This document shows, piece after piece, positions 43,430 to 57,784 of a stretch of 64,000 nucleotides of DNA; positions within the stretch are counted from its first letter, which is position 1; each line of letters begins with the position of its first letter. Origin of the DNA: Octopus vulgaris (lineage: Eukaryota); the NCBI GenBank assembly GCA_951406725.2, contig OX597832.1, positions 12,834,001 to 12,898,000 of the forward strand, in the 5' to 3' direction. The notes under the pieces were generated by a model, which worked only from the letters and a program-made list of their open reading frames with translations, had not been told where the DNA came from and did not search any database. Both the position numbers and the translations under genes were made by a program.

Positions 43430-43661
43430 AGGCGCCGAGCTAGCAGAAACGTTAGCACGCTGGGCGAAATGCGTAGTCGTATTTCGTCTGCCATTACGTT
43501 CTGAGTTCAAATTCCGCAGAGGTCGACTTTGCCTTTCATCCTTTCGGGGTCGATAAATTAAGTACCACTTACGCACTGGGGTCGATATAATCGACTTAAT
43601 CCCTTTGTCTGTCCTTGTTTGTGCCCCCTGTGTTTAGCGCCTTGTGGGCAGTATAGAAATA
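43430..43661 (+). mobile_element. Full-length SINE family A (tail A1) with 10-bp TSD
   Basis: Colinear with 11963-12194. TSD TATTTTTCAA at 43420-43429 and 43664-43673. Confidence 0.93.
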
Positions 43662-44094
43662 TATATTTTTCAACTCCTGATCTTCTTCTCGAACAATATA
43701 TCATTGTTAATCATAAATAACAACCATAATAAATCGCCCAATTTGCTCTTAAATGGTGTCTCTGGGCAAAAGTTGGAACAACTCATATAAAACAAAGCAA
43801 CAATAACGTAACTGATAACAAAAAGATGATGATAATGATGATGATGTTGATGACGACGATGACGTTGATTTCATACTTTAGGAAAACTACAGCGATTTAA
43901 GGGAGTGAATTACTCTATACCTCCGCCCCCAATATTTCACTGGTACTGTTATTTTCCTAACAGCGAAAAGTAATGTTGACCACAATACCATTTGAATCAA
44001 AAATAAAATCCAAAAGAAAAGAGTGTGTGTGTACGTGTGTGCCTGTATATATGTATATATATATATGTATGTATGTATGTGTGTGTATGTGTGT

Positions 44095-44297
44095 GTGTGA
44101 TGACCCCCGTCGCCACCCCTTGACAACCGATGTTGTTGTGTTTACGTCCCAGTAAATTAGAGGTTCAACAGAAGAGACCAATAGAATAAGTACCCGATTT
44201 ACAAAGAATAAGTCCTGGGCTCGATTTGTTCGACTAAAGGCAGTGCTCCAATATGGCCGCAGTGAAATGACTGAAACAAGTAAAAGAGTAAAAGAAT
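44095..44297 (+). mobile_element. SINE family D 3' half
   Basis: cttgacaaccgatg..gtgtttacgtccc.gtaa...ggcagtgctccaatatggccgcagtgaaatgactgaaacaagtaaaagagtaaaagaa. Confidence 0.85.
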
Positions 44298-44997
44298 ATA
44301 TATATATATATATATACGTATACATACACACACACACACATATATATGTTATTACGCGGGTGCACACATACTAAAGAGTTTCATGTAACAAACCTCTACC
44401 AAACATTTGCCACAAACATTGATCCAGTGCAAACTCTAACCAAGGCGTAGGTCGTGAAAATTTTCACAATGTGCTACATAGCGCTATATCGATCCTACAT
44501 AAACGAGGACACAAAGTAACCTCCTTAATCGCCGCTTATTTTTTATTTTCTTATTTTCTATCATTTTATTGTCCGTTTGCTGACCTTCACGTATTCAGGA
44601 TAAAATAATATGGTCAATATCAATTTTCACTACACTTCATGTTGTCGTTTGTATCTCCTTTCGAAAATGCTCACATCAGTTATTGTATCGATTCGCTCAT
44701 TACGCTTCTAGTTAGTGTTTTCCCCTCTATTCTATTCATGTATTCAGAATTAAGCCCTTCCAATAATTTCATTGTGTATATATAGTTTTCCTCGTTTACT
44801 TGGGGCACAGCGTTGAGGAGGTAATCGATCACATGTATCATAGTACTTATTTATATGTTTTTTCTTTATTCTCGTAGTTTGCTTTTCGGCCGCTAAGTAA
44901 CGAAGAATTAACCAAACGCTTTTAAACTAAAGGCAAATAGAACGCCCTGTAAAAAATGCGCGTTTGCTCTTACACTTGCACAGACATAATGACATAT

Positions 44998-45042
<45 letters not shown>

Positions 45043-45064
45043 CTCGCTCACAGCTAAACTCAAA

Positions 45065-45149
<85 letters not shown>

Positions 45150-45159
45150 TTATAAAAAA

Positions 45160-45235
45160 AACATGAAAGTGAAAAGGTCCTTTATGTTTCGAGCCTGCGC
45201 TCTTCAACAGGATAAGAGAAAATAAAGAGACACTA
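45160..45235 (-). mobile_element. Penelope-like fragment with hammerhead-like motif (45183-45210)
   Basis: Minus strand CTGTTGA-a-gagc-gcag-gctc-GAAAC-ATA. Same family as 34809. Confidence 0.55.
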
Positions 45236-45379
45236 TAAAAAATGTTGTGAATTTAGCGGTCCAGCATGGTGACTGATTAGAAAATAATGTATGAAGGAAG
45301 ATGATGAAAGAAGGGGAGACAATAAAGTATATATATATATATATGTGTGTATGTGTGTGTGTATTTATGTGTAGAAAAT

Positions 45380-45580
45380 GTGGTGCTCCAGTATGACCGC
45401 ATTCATATGAGTGATACAAGTAAAAGAATAAACGAATATATATATATATATATATATATCTACGATTAGCTTCTTTCAGATTCCGTCTACAAAACACTCA
45501 CAGGGCTTTGGTCGAGCCTAGTAAAAGACACTTGAGTTATCATGTGGTTAGGAAGCAAGCTTCTTACCACACCTGCATCT
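45380..45580. mobile_element. SINE family D fragments: plus-strand tail (45380-45432) and minus-strand head (45467-45580)
   Basis: ggtgctccagtatgaccgca...acaagtaaaagaataaa; ttccgtctac..actcacagggctttggtcg...cttaccacac. Confidence 0.7.
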
Positions 45581-47220
45581 CTGTATATATATTATTTAAT
45601 ATCAATTTGATTAAGCTTCGTTCAACTTTAAATTGCGTAGGAACCTCAAACATAGGAACCTCAAAGCCCTGTATTGTGTGAGAATGATAATATGGCAAAT
45701 GGATAAAATGCAGAGCGATGTAATATTCGCCAAACTGGGATGTATACTAAATACTATATGATTCAGACAATGACCCTGAAACACATGACCCATCATGGCC
45801 CATTGCAGTGACTGTGTGCACGCGTGTTGGACGTATACATGTGTGTGTGCGCCCGCGTTCACGCACGCACACACACACACACACACATGCGCACACACAC
45901 ACGCACGCACGCACACATCGATTATTTGTTCGAATGTGCATTCCTTTCTTAGCAAACATTTACATTCAACTTTGCGCGTTTGCGTGTGCTACCTTAATGC
46001 CGATATGTTTACATACATACTTAGAGCTAGCAAACTTGTTATCAGCATTGAATTCTCCGATTCTATATAATTTGAAAAGAATTCCTCCCTTTCTATCTCC
46101 AGTTGATTACATTGTTGAGCAAACGTTATTCAATTATTTCAACCCGTGCAAGTTAGAATAAGGCCTTGGGATGTATGTATAGTAAATGAGTATATTACAT
46201 TAATGCATACGGTTTACTTTCGAGATATTTGTTCCGCTGTTTGCTTTGTACATTGATGTTAAAGAAGTTGTGCCTGCTTAGTCAATGTTTAATTCTGCAT
46301 TCATAATCATTAAATTAAGCTCTTTACAAATAGTCTTGTACTCACTGTCTAGTTTATTAAGTACACTATGCTAGATCTCTTTATTAGACGTAAATACTCA
46401 CGAAGACAGTTCATTTGCTACCTAATGAAACGCAAACACACATCAAGTAGTTTTGTCTCTTTCCTAACTTAACTACATGAAAATACTAATGAATAAAAGA
46501 CTAAGCTGATGTGAATATTTACATGACAGTGTGTCCATGAGTACCAAGCCTATTACGTAGTAAACAAAAACTTAAACCAAGAACATTTTTTGTTTTATTT
46601 TGCTAAGATAAACTATATGACATCAAATTTACAGGAGCGGTGTTTTTGAGTGAATATCCCTTTTTAGAGGAGACAAACCTAAAATCTTAACAAAACGTGA
46701 CATATTTTTCTACGGCTTTATTAGTTTTACAACTTCAACAGCGCATCTGACACTATACGGTAGACTTATAGTCCGATATGTAATAATAAAAAAAAAGCAG
46801 TAATGCAACTGAGCGCAATAGGGAAAGGCAAATTAGACTTCCTGTCTCTAACCAATTAGACGGCTGGCTGTTTCTATATTTTGCTTCTTTCATTCATTGA
46901 ACAAAAGCCATGCTGGGGCCACGCGTTGAAGTGTATAGTCGAATAAATCGACCTCAGCATTTATTGACTCTGGAACTTTTGCCACTGATATCTTTTGATG
47001 AACTGCTAAGTCTATCTACTCTTCGTTTCGAGCATTCAACGATAATATGAGTTTTCAAAGACAGTTGCTCCCATAAATTCTCAAAAATAATTCGTGATTT
47101 TTCAAGGGTCAAAGTTGGGAACAAAATCAGGTCACTGGAGACCTACAAGGAAACCGAACGAAATGAAACATGGATGGTTGTTAGACCAGAACGAGAGGAA
47201 AATAATGAATGCTGGGAGAA

Positions 47221-47272
<52 letters not shown>

Positions 47273-49242
47273 GTATATATATGGGTACAGGACATCACCT
47301 ACTGCGTAAGCAACATGAAGTACGAAAACAAACGAGTTTAATACGCAAACAAGAGAAAAGAATGGAAAACTGGACAAGTGAACACAGAACAACCTTTCAT
47401 CTGTTGTCGGCTGCCTCTCTATTCCTCATTTTGAGCATTCATTGTTTATATGCCACTACAATATAGCAGTCTTATAAAGGACGATGTTACTGTTGTTTTA
47501 GCCCCAGGAAAACATCTTTAGCTGGCTGTCGACATTTTCTGTCCGTGTAGCATTTGTAAGTGAAGTCATCGCTTCCATCTCTAGCCTAACGTGATACTCG
47601 CAGACCTAGATTTTGGGATGTTATCCGTCCTCAGTGTGAGGCAACCACAAGCTAGTGACTAAGTTCTCTCCAATCGCACATACTATATACGTATTTATGC
47701 ATGTATATATGCGTGTATATAACTACTATGTAAATCTGTACATATGCATATAAATTAGAACTAGCGTACAATTTTTTTCTGTCATGGCATCTTCTCTAGA
47801 TGATAGTCTTAATTTATGTATACAAATGTATGTGTACGTATATGTGTGCATCTGAACTACTATCCGTGTGTATGAACATGTCTATATGCATATACGTACA
47901 GTGAAATCTGATAAAAAAAATTGCTTGGCTTTATACAACGTGGTTGTTACAAATTGCAAGTAGAAAGATGTACAGAGGAACTGTAGTGAAATCCAATCTG
48001 CTAGATTGTGTCTTATAATTACAAGATCTGGTAATATCATCACTGAAGTTAAGCTAACCAGAACACTGAAAGCGGATTGCTGCATTTATTGATGTGTTTG
48101 TTTGGATATCTGCCAGAATCTATATGTTGTTGTCCAACACTTAGAGTAATCCTCTTCTAACGAAAACTATCCATTGCTCCTTTTTTTTCCCTTATCCATT
48201 ATGGCCTGTATCAGATTTGCTAATAACGTGGTGAATGTTTGTGTGTGTGTGTGCTTGTGTGTGTTTGTGCATACGAATATATATGCATATGTACGTATGT
48301 GCGTATGTATGTACACATGTGTTATATATTAGTGAGTGTCATTAGATCTATATGTAGGTATGAGTGAAAGTGCGCGTAAGCGAACATAAGTATAGATTGA
48401 TGAATGAATGAGTGAAGTAACGAACGACTAGATTACGTAGAGAGAGTAAATGTAATTTGATCTTGATATCAATATGCCTGCAAACTATAGCACACACATC
48501 CACTCGCACACATAAGTACATATATAAGATCATGACACATAAGGACTTACTTACATGCATGCATAAATAACTACTTACATACATGCATGCATAACTACTT
48601 GCATACATGCATACATACCCGCATATATGCACAACAGAAAAGACGACATGTTGCCAAATGAAACATGAAAAGAGATTAAGGTTAGAATTTTATAGTTTTA
48701 TATTGGCTGAACTGTAAGAAATAGTGATCTACAGTAGATGTATCTAGTAAGCAGATATTTATTCTGTTGGTTTCCATGTGCTCATTTATACAGAGTGGTT
48801 TTAATGTCGGTAAGATCTGTAGCATTTGTTGTAAGATAGTGAGCGGTTTGCTCGGGATCCACTTAGCTTGCATCCCGTGATAAGAAAGGAAAGTAATCTC
48901 CATTTAATTAGTCAGAAGTATTTACAATTACATTGTTAGCTAATGGTATATAACATACAACAATGTTCATGCTGTCGTACATGAACTCTTGGCATGCCAA
49001 CGAATAGGAAATGTATTATGAGAAGAATATAGCCTTAAGGTTAGACTACTTTCATTTTCTATTCTCATTAATCCATTGATTTTGTATGGATACATATATA
49101 TTTCGCGTGAAAGATAACTTTACGCAATGTGAATAAAAACCATGCATTGTATATGCATCAGGAAGATAACAACGTGTAAGCATGCATATACGTACAAATA
49201 CATGTGTGTATGTATACGTATACATGTCTCTCTTTTTCTCTC

Positions 49243-49278
<36 letters not shown>

Positions 49279-50569
49279 ATCTGTGTGTGCTTGTGTATGT
49301 CCATACGTATGCATCTGTCCCTCTCTCTCTCTCATATATATATATATCCGTCTATATATATACATGTGTGTGTGTAAACTTTTGTATTGCATCGCATTGT
49401 ATTTTAAGTCCGATGATAAAACAAACGAAAAATCAAGAAAATGAGTAGTATCACGCAGAAGAAGAGTGAGAAAGAGTTTATTCAATTCTGTCTCTTTGTG
49501 CAGTCTTATAGTATGCTGCCGGTCCAACTACTTTGTTAATAGCGTTCAAAATATAAAGAAGCCGAAGTAAGTTTTGAAAATAGGAAAGTTATTGTTGCTT
49601 CGATGTTTCTGTGAAATTGTAGTTCGATATGAATTGAAAGAGTTCGGAAAAAAATAGGAATTGTAACTGTATTGTAAATCATTATCTGTAGACTATAAAA
49701 GAAGATTTCCCCGGCATACAATGATGTATAATGCCTTCAGTAAAATCGAAAATAACAGACATTTCTTCATTCATATTGGTTTCTGAGATATAGTAACAAC
49801 TTTTTTGTCCATCAGTCAAGCTTGGTCTTGTTAGAATTTTTTTTATTTACTTTTTTTTCCTTTTCTAAACTTTATTTTTGATTCCAGCTTCTCTTTTACA
49901 TTATACTGCATTATATAACGAATTTGTGCAATTATTTGCCGCCTCGCTTTATCAACGAAGGCAGAATTCAGAATCGCGGCAATAGAATATTTCGGAAAAA
50001 GCATCTTTAAAATCAGAAAGTAAACCATAAAATAACAATCAATCACGTGATAAAGCACGTGAAGTACCTTAGCATAAATTTTGTATCTATGTTGAATGAT
50101 TAACATCCGATTGCTTTGAACACTCACTTACGACTAATTACTAAGAGGACAGAAAGAAAATCTATGAGAGTCTGTGCTGTAAAACTCGATCGAACCTATG
50201 TCTGGATTTAAGTTTCAGATGTAAAGCTCCGATCGTTATCGAACACAGTTCAGAAAAGGCATATAACATGTTTACTTGGAAGTTAATTGCACTATGCAAT
50301 TATTTAATGAGAACCGATTACACTTTTCTGTTTATTGTTCAGTAAAGTTAAACGAATTTCCACAACTTTCAGTGAGTTATGTATTTAATTGCTAAAGAAT
50401 AAAATCTGCTCTGATACAAACTTTCGAACAAAACGAAGCGATAGACGAGTTATAATTGATATAGACATTTAATCGTATATATCTGTTCAGTAGCAATAAT
50501 GTCTTCGTAGGTGTATGAACGTTCTTCAAGTCAAAAAAAATTCTCATCGCATTCTGTTCCTTTTTCTTT

Positions 50570-50765
50570 CATTCGTTTACACGTTTCAGTCATTTGACTG
50601 CGGCCATGCTAGAGCACCGCCTCAAGCGGTTTTAGTCGAGGAAATCGACACAGGATTTATTCTTTGTAAGCTTAGTACTTATTCTATTGGTTTCACTTAT
50701 CGAACCGCTGAGTTATGCTAATATCAGCTGTTAACCGATGGTGGGTCGCAAACACAGACACAAAC
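50570..50765 (-). mobile_element. SINE family D 3' half
   Basis: gtttcagtcatttgactgcggccatgctagagcaccgcc is the reverse complement of the 44240-44280 tail. A similar fragment lies at 46890-47010. Confidence 0.8.
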
Positions 50766-50849
50766 ATGAATATAGATACACACACACACACACATACACA
50801 CAGATGTTTATAGATATACATATATATTGCTTAACCATTTTCCCACATT

Positions 50850-50897
50850 GTCTCCGATGAAAGGATATATAAAATATCCCGTAAACAGCTGTAAGAC
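50850..50897 (+). ncRNA. Degenerate type I hammerhead-like motif with palindromic AGCT helix III loop
   Basis: gtct-CCGATGA-a-aggatat-ataaa-atatccc-G(T)AAAC-agct-GTA-agac. Helix I gtct/agac. The extra T disrupts GAAA. Confidence 0.5.
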
Positions 50898-51135
50898 TTT
50901 CTATTTATAAATTATCTAAAATCTTTCACAGCCACGGATTTTTATCTCATTCTGAAAAATTCTTTAATACTTACACATGCTGATATGTGACGTATGTTGG
51001 ACTCCTCGTTCGCATAATCACCGAACCTAGGTCTTAACTATAGACTGTCCATAGCACTTACTCAGTATTACCTGATAACTTTGGGTTTTATGGACACCAT
51101 TACCTCTCATAACCCCTCCCTCTCTCTCTCTCTAT

Positions 51136-51249
<114 letters not shown>

Positions 51250-51640
51250 CGCCTACTTTCAGTTTCTGTCTATCAAATAACATAGCCCGAAGGTACAGTA
51301 AAACGAACTTGCCCAAGGTGCGACGGAGTGAGACTGAATCCAGAACAATATGGTTTGAAACACTGATTTATAATTTTGTGTATATATAAGCTGTCTGTTT
51401 TTACCTGGATACTATATCTGTCATTTCATCTGAATTTATTTTTACGCTTTTTTATTTAACCATTTCTTGTTTGCAGTCCTGCCTTGAAGAATTGCTTTAG
51501 TCAAATGAATAGACCCTATTACTTACTTTTTAAAACCCGGTACTTATTACATCGATCTCTTTGTCGAAAATCTGTATTACGAGGACGTAAGCACACCAAC
51601 ACCGGTCGTCAAGCGGTGTTGGAGGAGAAACACAGACAAA
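51250..51640 (-). mobile_element. Two degenerate SINE family D fragments (51250-51356 and 51470-51640)
   Basis: acttgcccaaggtgcgacg.agtgagactgaa; ggtacttatt...acgtaagcacaccaacaccggtcgtcaagcg. Confidence 0.7.
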
Positions 51641-51800
51641 TATATACATTTATTTAATTTTTACATTTAAACATTTATTTAATGTTTTACATTTTTGATA
51701 GATAGACAGACACGGAGCCACCCATCTGTCCAGAAAGGCAAACTAAATGATAGGTACATACATTCAAAGATGCATACACACACACCCATTTATATGTTTT

Positions 51801-52027
51801 ATGGAGTGGATGTAGACGTTTTCAAACGGGACCTTGACCTCTGGCTCACCGAGATCCCAAATGAGCCAATATCTAGGCAACAAACTAAAAAGAGGGCAGT
51901 AACATCGAATTCCATCCTTCACCAAAAGCCACTCCTAAAAAGGTGGAAAGTGGACAGATGATCACAATAGCAGTGCTCCAGCAAGGCCACAGTCATTGGA
52001 CTGAAACATATAAAAGAATAAAAGAAT
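51801..52027 (+). mobile_element. CR1/L2-type LINE 3' end (ORF2 C-terminus + 3'UTR)
   Basis: GVDVDVFKRDLDLWLTEIPNEPISRQQTKKRAVTSNSILHQKP matches the FK..LD.FL..VPDEP...RAA.SNSL.HQ C-terminal motif. The 3'UTR ends in (TAAAAGAA)n. Confidence 0.8.
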
Positions 52028-52844
52028 ATATATATATATATATATTTACAGGCGCACATAAACACGCATACATACACACATATGTATACATGTAGCTTGA
52101 CATGCTAAAAACGGCAGTCAAATGTACCCCAAACTCATACCGATATTGCTTTAATAAGACGGGCCAGATGAGGCTAGCTGCATCAGTTTACTAAAGCTAA
52201 AACATGGGATAATCATTGATGGAATACATTTAGGCCTTACATTGGCTTGATCGGAGCAGATTCGTATTAAACTATTAGATGAAACAAAAAAGGAATTATC
52301 TTAGCAATACCAATCTTAATATCATTGGATGTTAACTTAGTGAAGGATTGTATCACATTCATAGCTCCCATCTTAAATATGTTTTAGATTTGGCTTCAGA
52401 TCGATGGAATAATTGCAATAAATTATGCAACGCTGATGATGATGACCTCCACTAAATAGATCAAAGTATAAACAAAATATATTTTACGATCTATACGCTT
52501 GACAGTTAAATAAAGGTTAGGCTTAATTCTATTGGAATTGACCAGCGAGTCAATATTTAAATCTGGGTGGAAATTCAGGGCAATTTTCCATCTTAACTGC
52601 TCTAATATCGTAGTCAAATAGTATAAAATCATACAGTGTAAAATGTTAATTTTCTTAGTAATCATCTAATGACTACTTTGAAATATATAATGAAATCTAT
52701 GCTTTGGTGATGAGTTTATAACAAATCTAAATTATATCCGGCATTGTCATCTGTGAATCCGGAATAAATCAAAATAATTGTTAAAGATCAAAAGGAGTTC
52801 CTTGTCAATACATAATAATTTCCTTTTTTGAACGTGTAGATTTG

Positions 52845-53000
52845 TTCGACACGTGATCATAAGGCCGTGGATTCAAATCCAAGGCCGGGCAGCGTGTTGT
52901 ATCGTTGGCATGACAATGCATTTCAGTTTACCCCAGTCTATTCGGCCGTAAGTGAGTAACATTCTGATGCTGGAGCAAACCTATACCGATCCATCAACCA
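52845..53000 (+). mobile_element. Degenerate SINE family C head
   Basis: gtgatcataaggccgtggattcaaatcc...gcgtgttgtatcgttggcatgacaatgcatttcagtttaccccagtc resembles 31680-31790. Confidence 0.55.
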
Positions 53001-53799
53001 GTCATATACTGGACGTACATGTCATAAGGTCAGATTTGAGGATTTGGGGAGATCAAGAGGGTATCCATTTTCGCTCGCGACTAGAAAAATATTTAACATT
53101 GCGAAAAATACTGCACATATTAGCAAGCTGCTCTTGATCGCATTTGACTTTACTTTTTAATTATTTCCACTTAGCATTTTGATAATACCCGCGTTAAATA
53201 TATGGAGACTACAGTTTTTAAAGCTGGTGGTAGTTTTGACTAAATTAGTCTCTAAACTAATCAAACTTTATTTCAATTTAAAACTTCTACGGCAGACATT
53301 AAAATTAAATGTAGTGTTAATTCAATCAACATTGATCGATAAATGTATACAAGTATTAAACATACTATTACGAAGTCTACGAATAAACTAGAAATCTTTA
53401 AGAAGCTGGTGGAAAATGCAACTAAGCTATCCTTTAATTCACGTCTCTCTAGGTTACTATTGTATTAGAAAGGTATTTTAAATTTATTTAAAGTGGTATA
53501 TAATATTCACACTCCATCAACATTTTTAACAGTAGTGCGCCTACACGCTCACATACACGCTTCGCACGCACATACATATAAAGAGAGAGAAAGATAGAAA
53601 AAGGAGAGAGAGCAGTATAATTTTTTTAGTTCATTTAAACGCGATAAGTAATCCCAGAGATAACACAGAGACAACGACTCAATATCATTGTTGGATATAC
53701 GAAGGATGGACTTCAGATATACTCCGTATAGGAACCAAAGTTTGACACCCAGGATACGTTGGGGAGTCGACGATCAAATGTTGTTGAAGTAAAGCAGTT

Positions 53800-54066
53800 T
53801 TCCTTTCTCCTCTTTCTAACGAAGATCCATGCTCGAAACGTCATACACCTACACATTTCTCAATCTTATACTGAGTCAAGTTATTACGTTCTATATGCAT
53901 CTTCCTTTGACTTTTGTTGTTTTCTTATTTGTTATTTTCAGCTTTCAATTTGCCTATATATATGGCTCGAAACGTAAAAGACTTTTTCTATTACTGATCG
54001 TTATACTAATACATCTGCCTGTTTTGTACACCACCTCTCTTTATCTTTTGTTTTTTCGTAAACTCT

Positions 54067-54070
<4 letters not shown>
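53800..54070 (+). mobile_element. Two Penelope-like terminal fragments with hammerhead-like motifs (53816-53842 complete; 53965-53976 3' half)
   Basis: CTAACGA-a-gatc-cat-gctc-GAAAC-GTC and gctc-GAAAC-GTA-aaagac. The first resembles the minus-strand copy at 21121-21152. Confidence 0.55.
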
Positions 54071-54127
<57 letters not shown>

Positions 54128-54132
<5 letters not shown>

Positions 54133-54512
54133 CCTTTGAGGAATAATCCATGAGCATTGTTTTTTTTTCAAATATATTTCAAGCAAAAAAAGAAAGACTA
54201 AAACAAATGAATCAATAATATAGATTCCGTTGTTGTTTACGACATTCTCCCATCATTCAATAGGCTTTTCGATGCCTCAGCGATAGAATTGTACCAGACT
54301 TGGCTCAAAACATTCGTCGACCCAAGCCCTCAATTCCACGTCGTTATTGAACGATATACCATGCTAAGCGTTTGAAAACGCTCGAAAGATATCAAAACCT
54401 GATGGCACCAAGTATGGAAAGTATGGAGTATGAGGCAGCACTTTCCATTGAAGTTCTTGAATCGGGGCTTTGGTCATATTGACAATGTGATGACAGGTGT
54501 TGTTGCGCTGCA
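54128..54512 (-). pseudogene. Mariner transposase fossil (C-terminal catalytic half + degenerate right end)
   Basis: Minus-strand translation QRNNTCHHIVNMTKAPIQELQWKVLPHTPYFPYLVPSGFDIFRAFSNA*HGISFNNDVELRAWVDECFEPSLVQFYR*GIEKPIE*WENVVNNNGIYIID matches mariner HDNARPH...WEVLPHPPYSPDLAPSDFHLF...W..VV..NG.Y. Three in-frame stops. Confidence 0.92.
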
Positions 54513-54519
54513 CCCAAGT

Positions 54520-54960
54520 GCGAGCTGGCAGAATCGTTACCGCATCGAGCAAATTGCTTAGCGGTAGAATCGTTAGTACGCCGGACGAAATAATTAGCGA
54601 TATTTCGTCTGCCGTTACGTTCCCAGTTCAAATTCCGCCGAGGTCGACTTTGCCTTTCGGGGTCGATAAATTAAGTACCAGTTACGCACTGGGATCGATA
54701 AAATCGACTTAATCCGTCTGTTTGTCCTTGTTTGTCTCCTCCGTGTTTAGCCTCTTGTGGGTAGTAAAGAAATAGGTATTGCGTCTCACTTTGCGTTCTG
54801 AGTTCAAATTCCACCGTGGTTGACCTTGTTTTTGATCATCGACTTTGCGTTTCGTCTAATTGATATCGATAAAATAAGTACAAGTTGGGTAACGAGGCCA
54901 ATGTAATCGATTTACTCCGGCCACCTATGTCGCTGGCTGTATGCCAAAGTTTGGAACCAA
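54520..54960 (+). mobile_element. Nested/dimeric family A SINE (A1 copy 54566-54774 inside an older A2 copy)
   Basis: The older head ends ...cttagcGGTA, then comes the A1 body ending ...aagaaata, then GGTAttgcgtc resumes the older body. Confidence 0.85.
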
Positions 54961-56339
54961 AATTTGACAGAATTTGCTGCTATTTTCTGCAGTCTGTGCT
55001 ACTGCGTACGAGCTTCATCGTTGGCTCAAGATCACCTCCATCCCCCTCTCTCTCCCAGTCTTTATTTTTTTCTCCCCCTTCTCTCTCTCCCTCTCTTTCT
55101 CATGAGATATGTCTGTGATGTGGGTTGGCGAAGAAGTTGATTGGGCATAACAGGCAGAAAACAAACAGAAAGTTTAATTTGAAATATAAGAATACATACG
55201 TGTATGTGCGTGTGCGTACGTGCGTGTAAATACACATGCACAAACACACATAAACACTTACACACAAACACTCACACACGTTCCCATAGACACACACATA
55301 TGCATACGCACGCACGCACGCACACATAATTGAATTTATATACATAGATATTTCTATTCATGTATGAATAGATAGCAACATACAGGAAGAGAGAGATAGA
55401 TAGAGAGAGAGAGAGAGATTGATGGACAGAGGTAGACACAGGCAGCCAGGCAGACAGACATATATGTAGATAGATGTATATCTACACACTTAGTTGTGTA
55501 TATGTAAATACAGGAGTTGTAACTCAATGAATACACTCTCCTTAAGTGTATCATTTTTTTCACGTGTTATATTCCTGTTTGTTTTTCTGTGATAAATTTT
55601 AATATTTATTTTTCATTTAATAATGTTTTCTCGCCCATAAACGTGAAATAAATTGCAAAAAATATATATACACTATTAATATGATACGAGTATATAAGTC
55701 AATCTTTGAAAGCTAACTTGAAATATATTCAGTCGTAACGCTTTATAGTCACAAAGTTCACTGCCGTTTTATTAATATATCCATAGTCAATAAATAATAT
55801 TACACGATGAATCTCGCATTAATTGTCAGTATCGTTCTAGTAGATAGTGGCGATACGTATTCTGTTCAAGATCTAATGAGGTCGAACCCAGGATTTGGTC
55901 ATGTTTGAAATACCAGGGAAATCTCACCTCAATCACACCGTATGTGTAGGACTTTCCTTTCTCGGAGATTTGCTTGATTAGGGCTGACAATAAGATCTCA
56001 GAACAATAACTAGAGTATGACTCTCTCAAACGAAACTATACAGTGTTAGTGTAAGAGAAAGACACACTGGACTGAGGGATACCGGATAAAGTTCTACCTT
56101 TAGTTATTATTTCTCTTCTGTGTTGCATTCTATATTGTTTCTCCATCAGAGGATATCACTATCGTATCAGTCTTATAAAGAACTAGATTTTGTTAGTCCG
56201 ATGTTTCAATCCAAGTACTTTTCTCGGAAAAAAGGATGCTTTAGATGACCTTCCATAGCTTTCATACGGAACAACGTAGTCTATTTGATGATAGAGAGAG
56301 GGGGATGGGGGAGTGAGGGAAGTAAGGAGGACTGAAATA

Positions 56340-56462
56340 GAATGATAGAGGAAAAGTGGCCCCAGTCATTAACTAGTACTTTATTTATCGATCCCGGAAT
56401 AATAAAGACTAAAATTACCCTCCACGGCATTTGAACTCATGTAGACAAACGAAAGACAGCGC
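56340..56462 (-). mobile_element. Degenerate SINE family A
   Basis: ccccagt...tagtactttatttatcgatcccggaat...ggcatttgaactc. Similar relics lie at 38755-38890 (-), 59155-59320 (+) and 59580-59730 (+). Confidence 0.6.
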
Positions 56463-57228
56463 AAGTTTGTTCATTGGATACTTTAAACGGTCAATCAGTT
56501 CGTTGCTTTTCTATATATCCAAATACTGCATAAAATACTAGAAGGGATACCTGGAATGTCTTTTATCATATGCTTATCAAAAACTGAACTTACCTGGAGG
56601 TGAAACAGCAACAATATTTGCCATTTCCTTCTCTAAGTACATCTTTATATCTCTATTTATCTGCTTCTAATTCTAGACGTTTTCTGGCTTTTCAGAGAAA
56701 CAGATAGCCAGAGCGAGGCATAAGAAATAACTGCATTGTCACGCACGTTAGCTGATCATTCGACAACAGAACTCATTCAAAATTTTCATACCATCCATCA
56801 GTGTTAACAAGACGTCTCTCTATTGCCATAGAATTTATATCTTCATTAAATCCTCAACAAATATCTTCGAAATAACATGAGCAATGTACAAATTCTATGT
56901 CGCAAAAATCGAATACCAGATCGTTTTACTTAACCAACTAATATATTTTTGACAAATGTTTGAACGCCACAGCTTCCAATTTCCTTTACTTGATAAATCT
57001 GAACCATTATTCGAGAGCAAAACAACTTAATATAGAAAAGCAATGGCTATTCCTCCTGGCAGTGAAAACATTCAATTTTCTCTTCAAACAATATAAAACC
57101 ATTCGGTATATTGTAGAAAAATCTTATATTTGAAATACTGGTTTTAATTTCCTTTAGATTTACTGTCGTATACACCAATGTACTGTACAAACAATGCGAC
57201 ATTTGTTTTCAGCAAACAAGAACGAACA

Positions 57229-57263
<35 letters not shown>

Positions 57264-57531
57264 AATATATCAAATACGTACGTACACACACATACATACA
57301 TATATATATATTCTCACTCGTTAAAAAAAGAAAATGGCTCAGAAATCTATAGATGTCAAAGACAGAAGTAGTATATAATCAGTTCAAACATTGACCTCAG
57401 GGTCCTCGTATTGATAGTAATTCTAACTTCGTATGATTTTAACAAAAACAATCGCGGTCGCTCAGTCTGTCTGACTGGAAATCTATCACCTCTAGCATCT
57501 CTCACCTTTCTGTCTCTCCCTCCTTCACTCA

Positions 57532-57569
<38 letters not shown>

Positions 57570-57747
57570 CAGTATGTCTCTTACTCTCATCTCGCATTCA
57601 CGTTTTCTATATCTACAAACATACATAGAAACTATGTATGCATATATAATATATATACATGTATGTATATATACACCTACATACTTATATATGTAAATAT
57701 ATATATATATAAGTATGTATGTACGTATATATACACACACACATACA

Positions 57748-57784
<37 letters not shown>

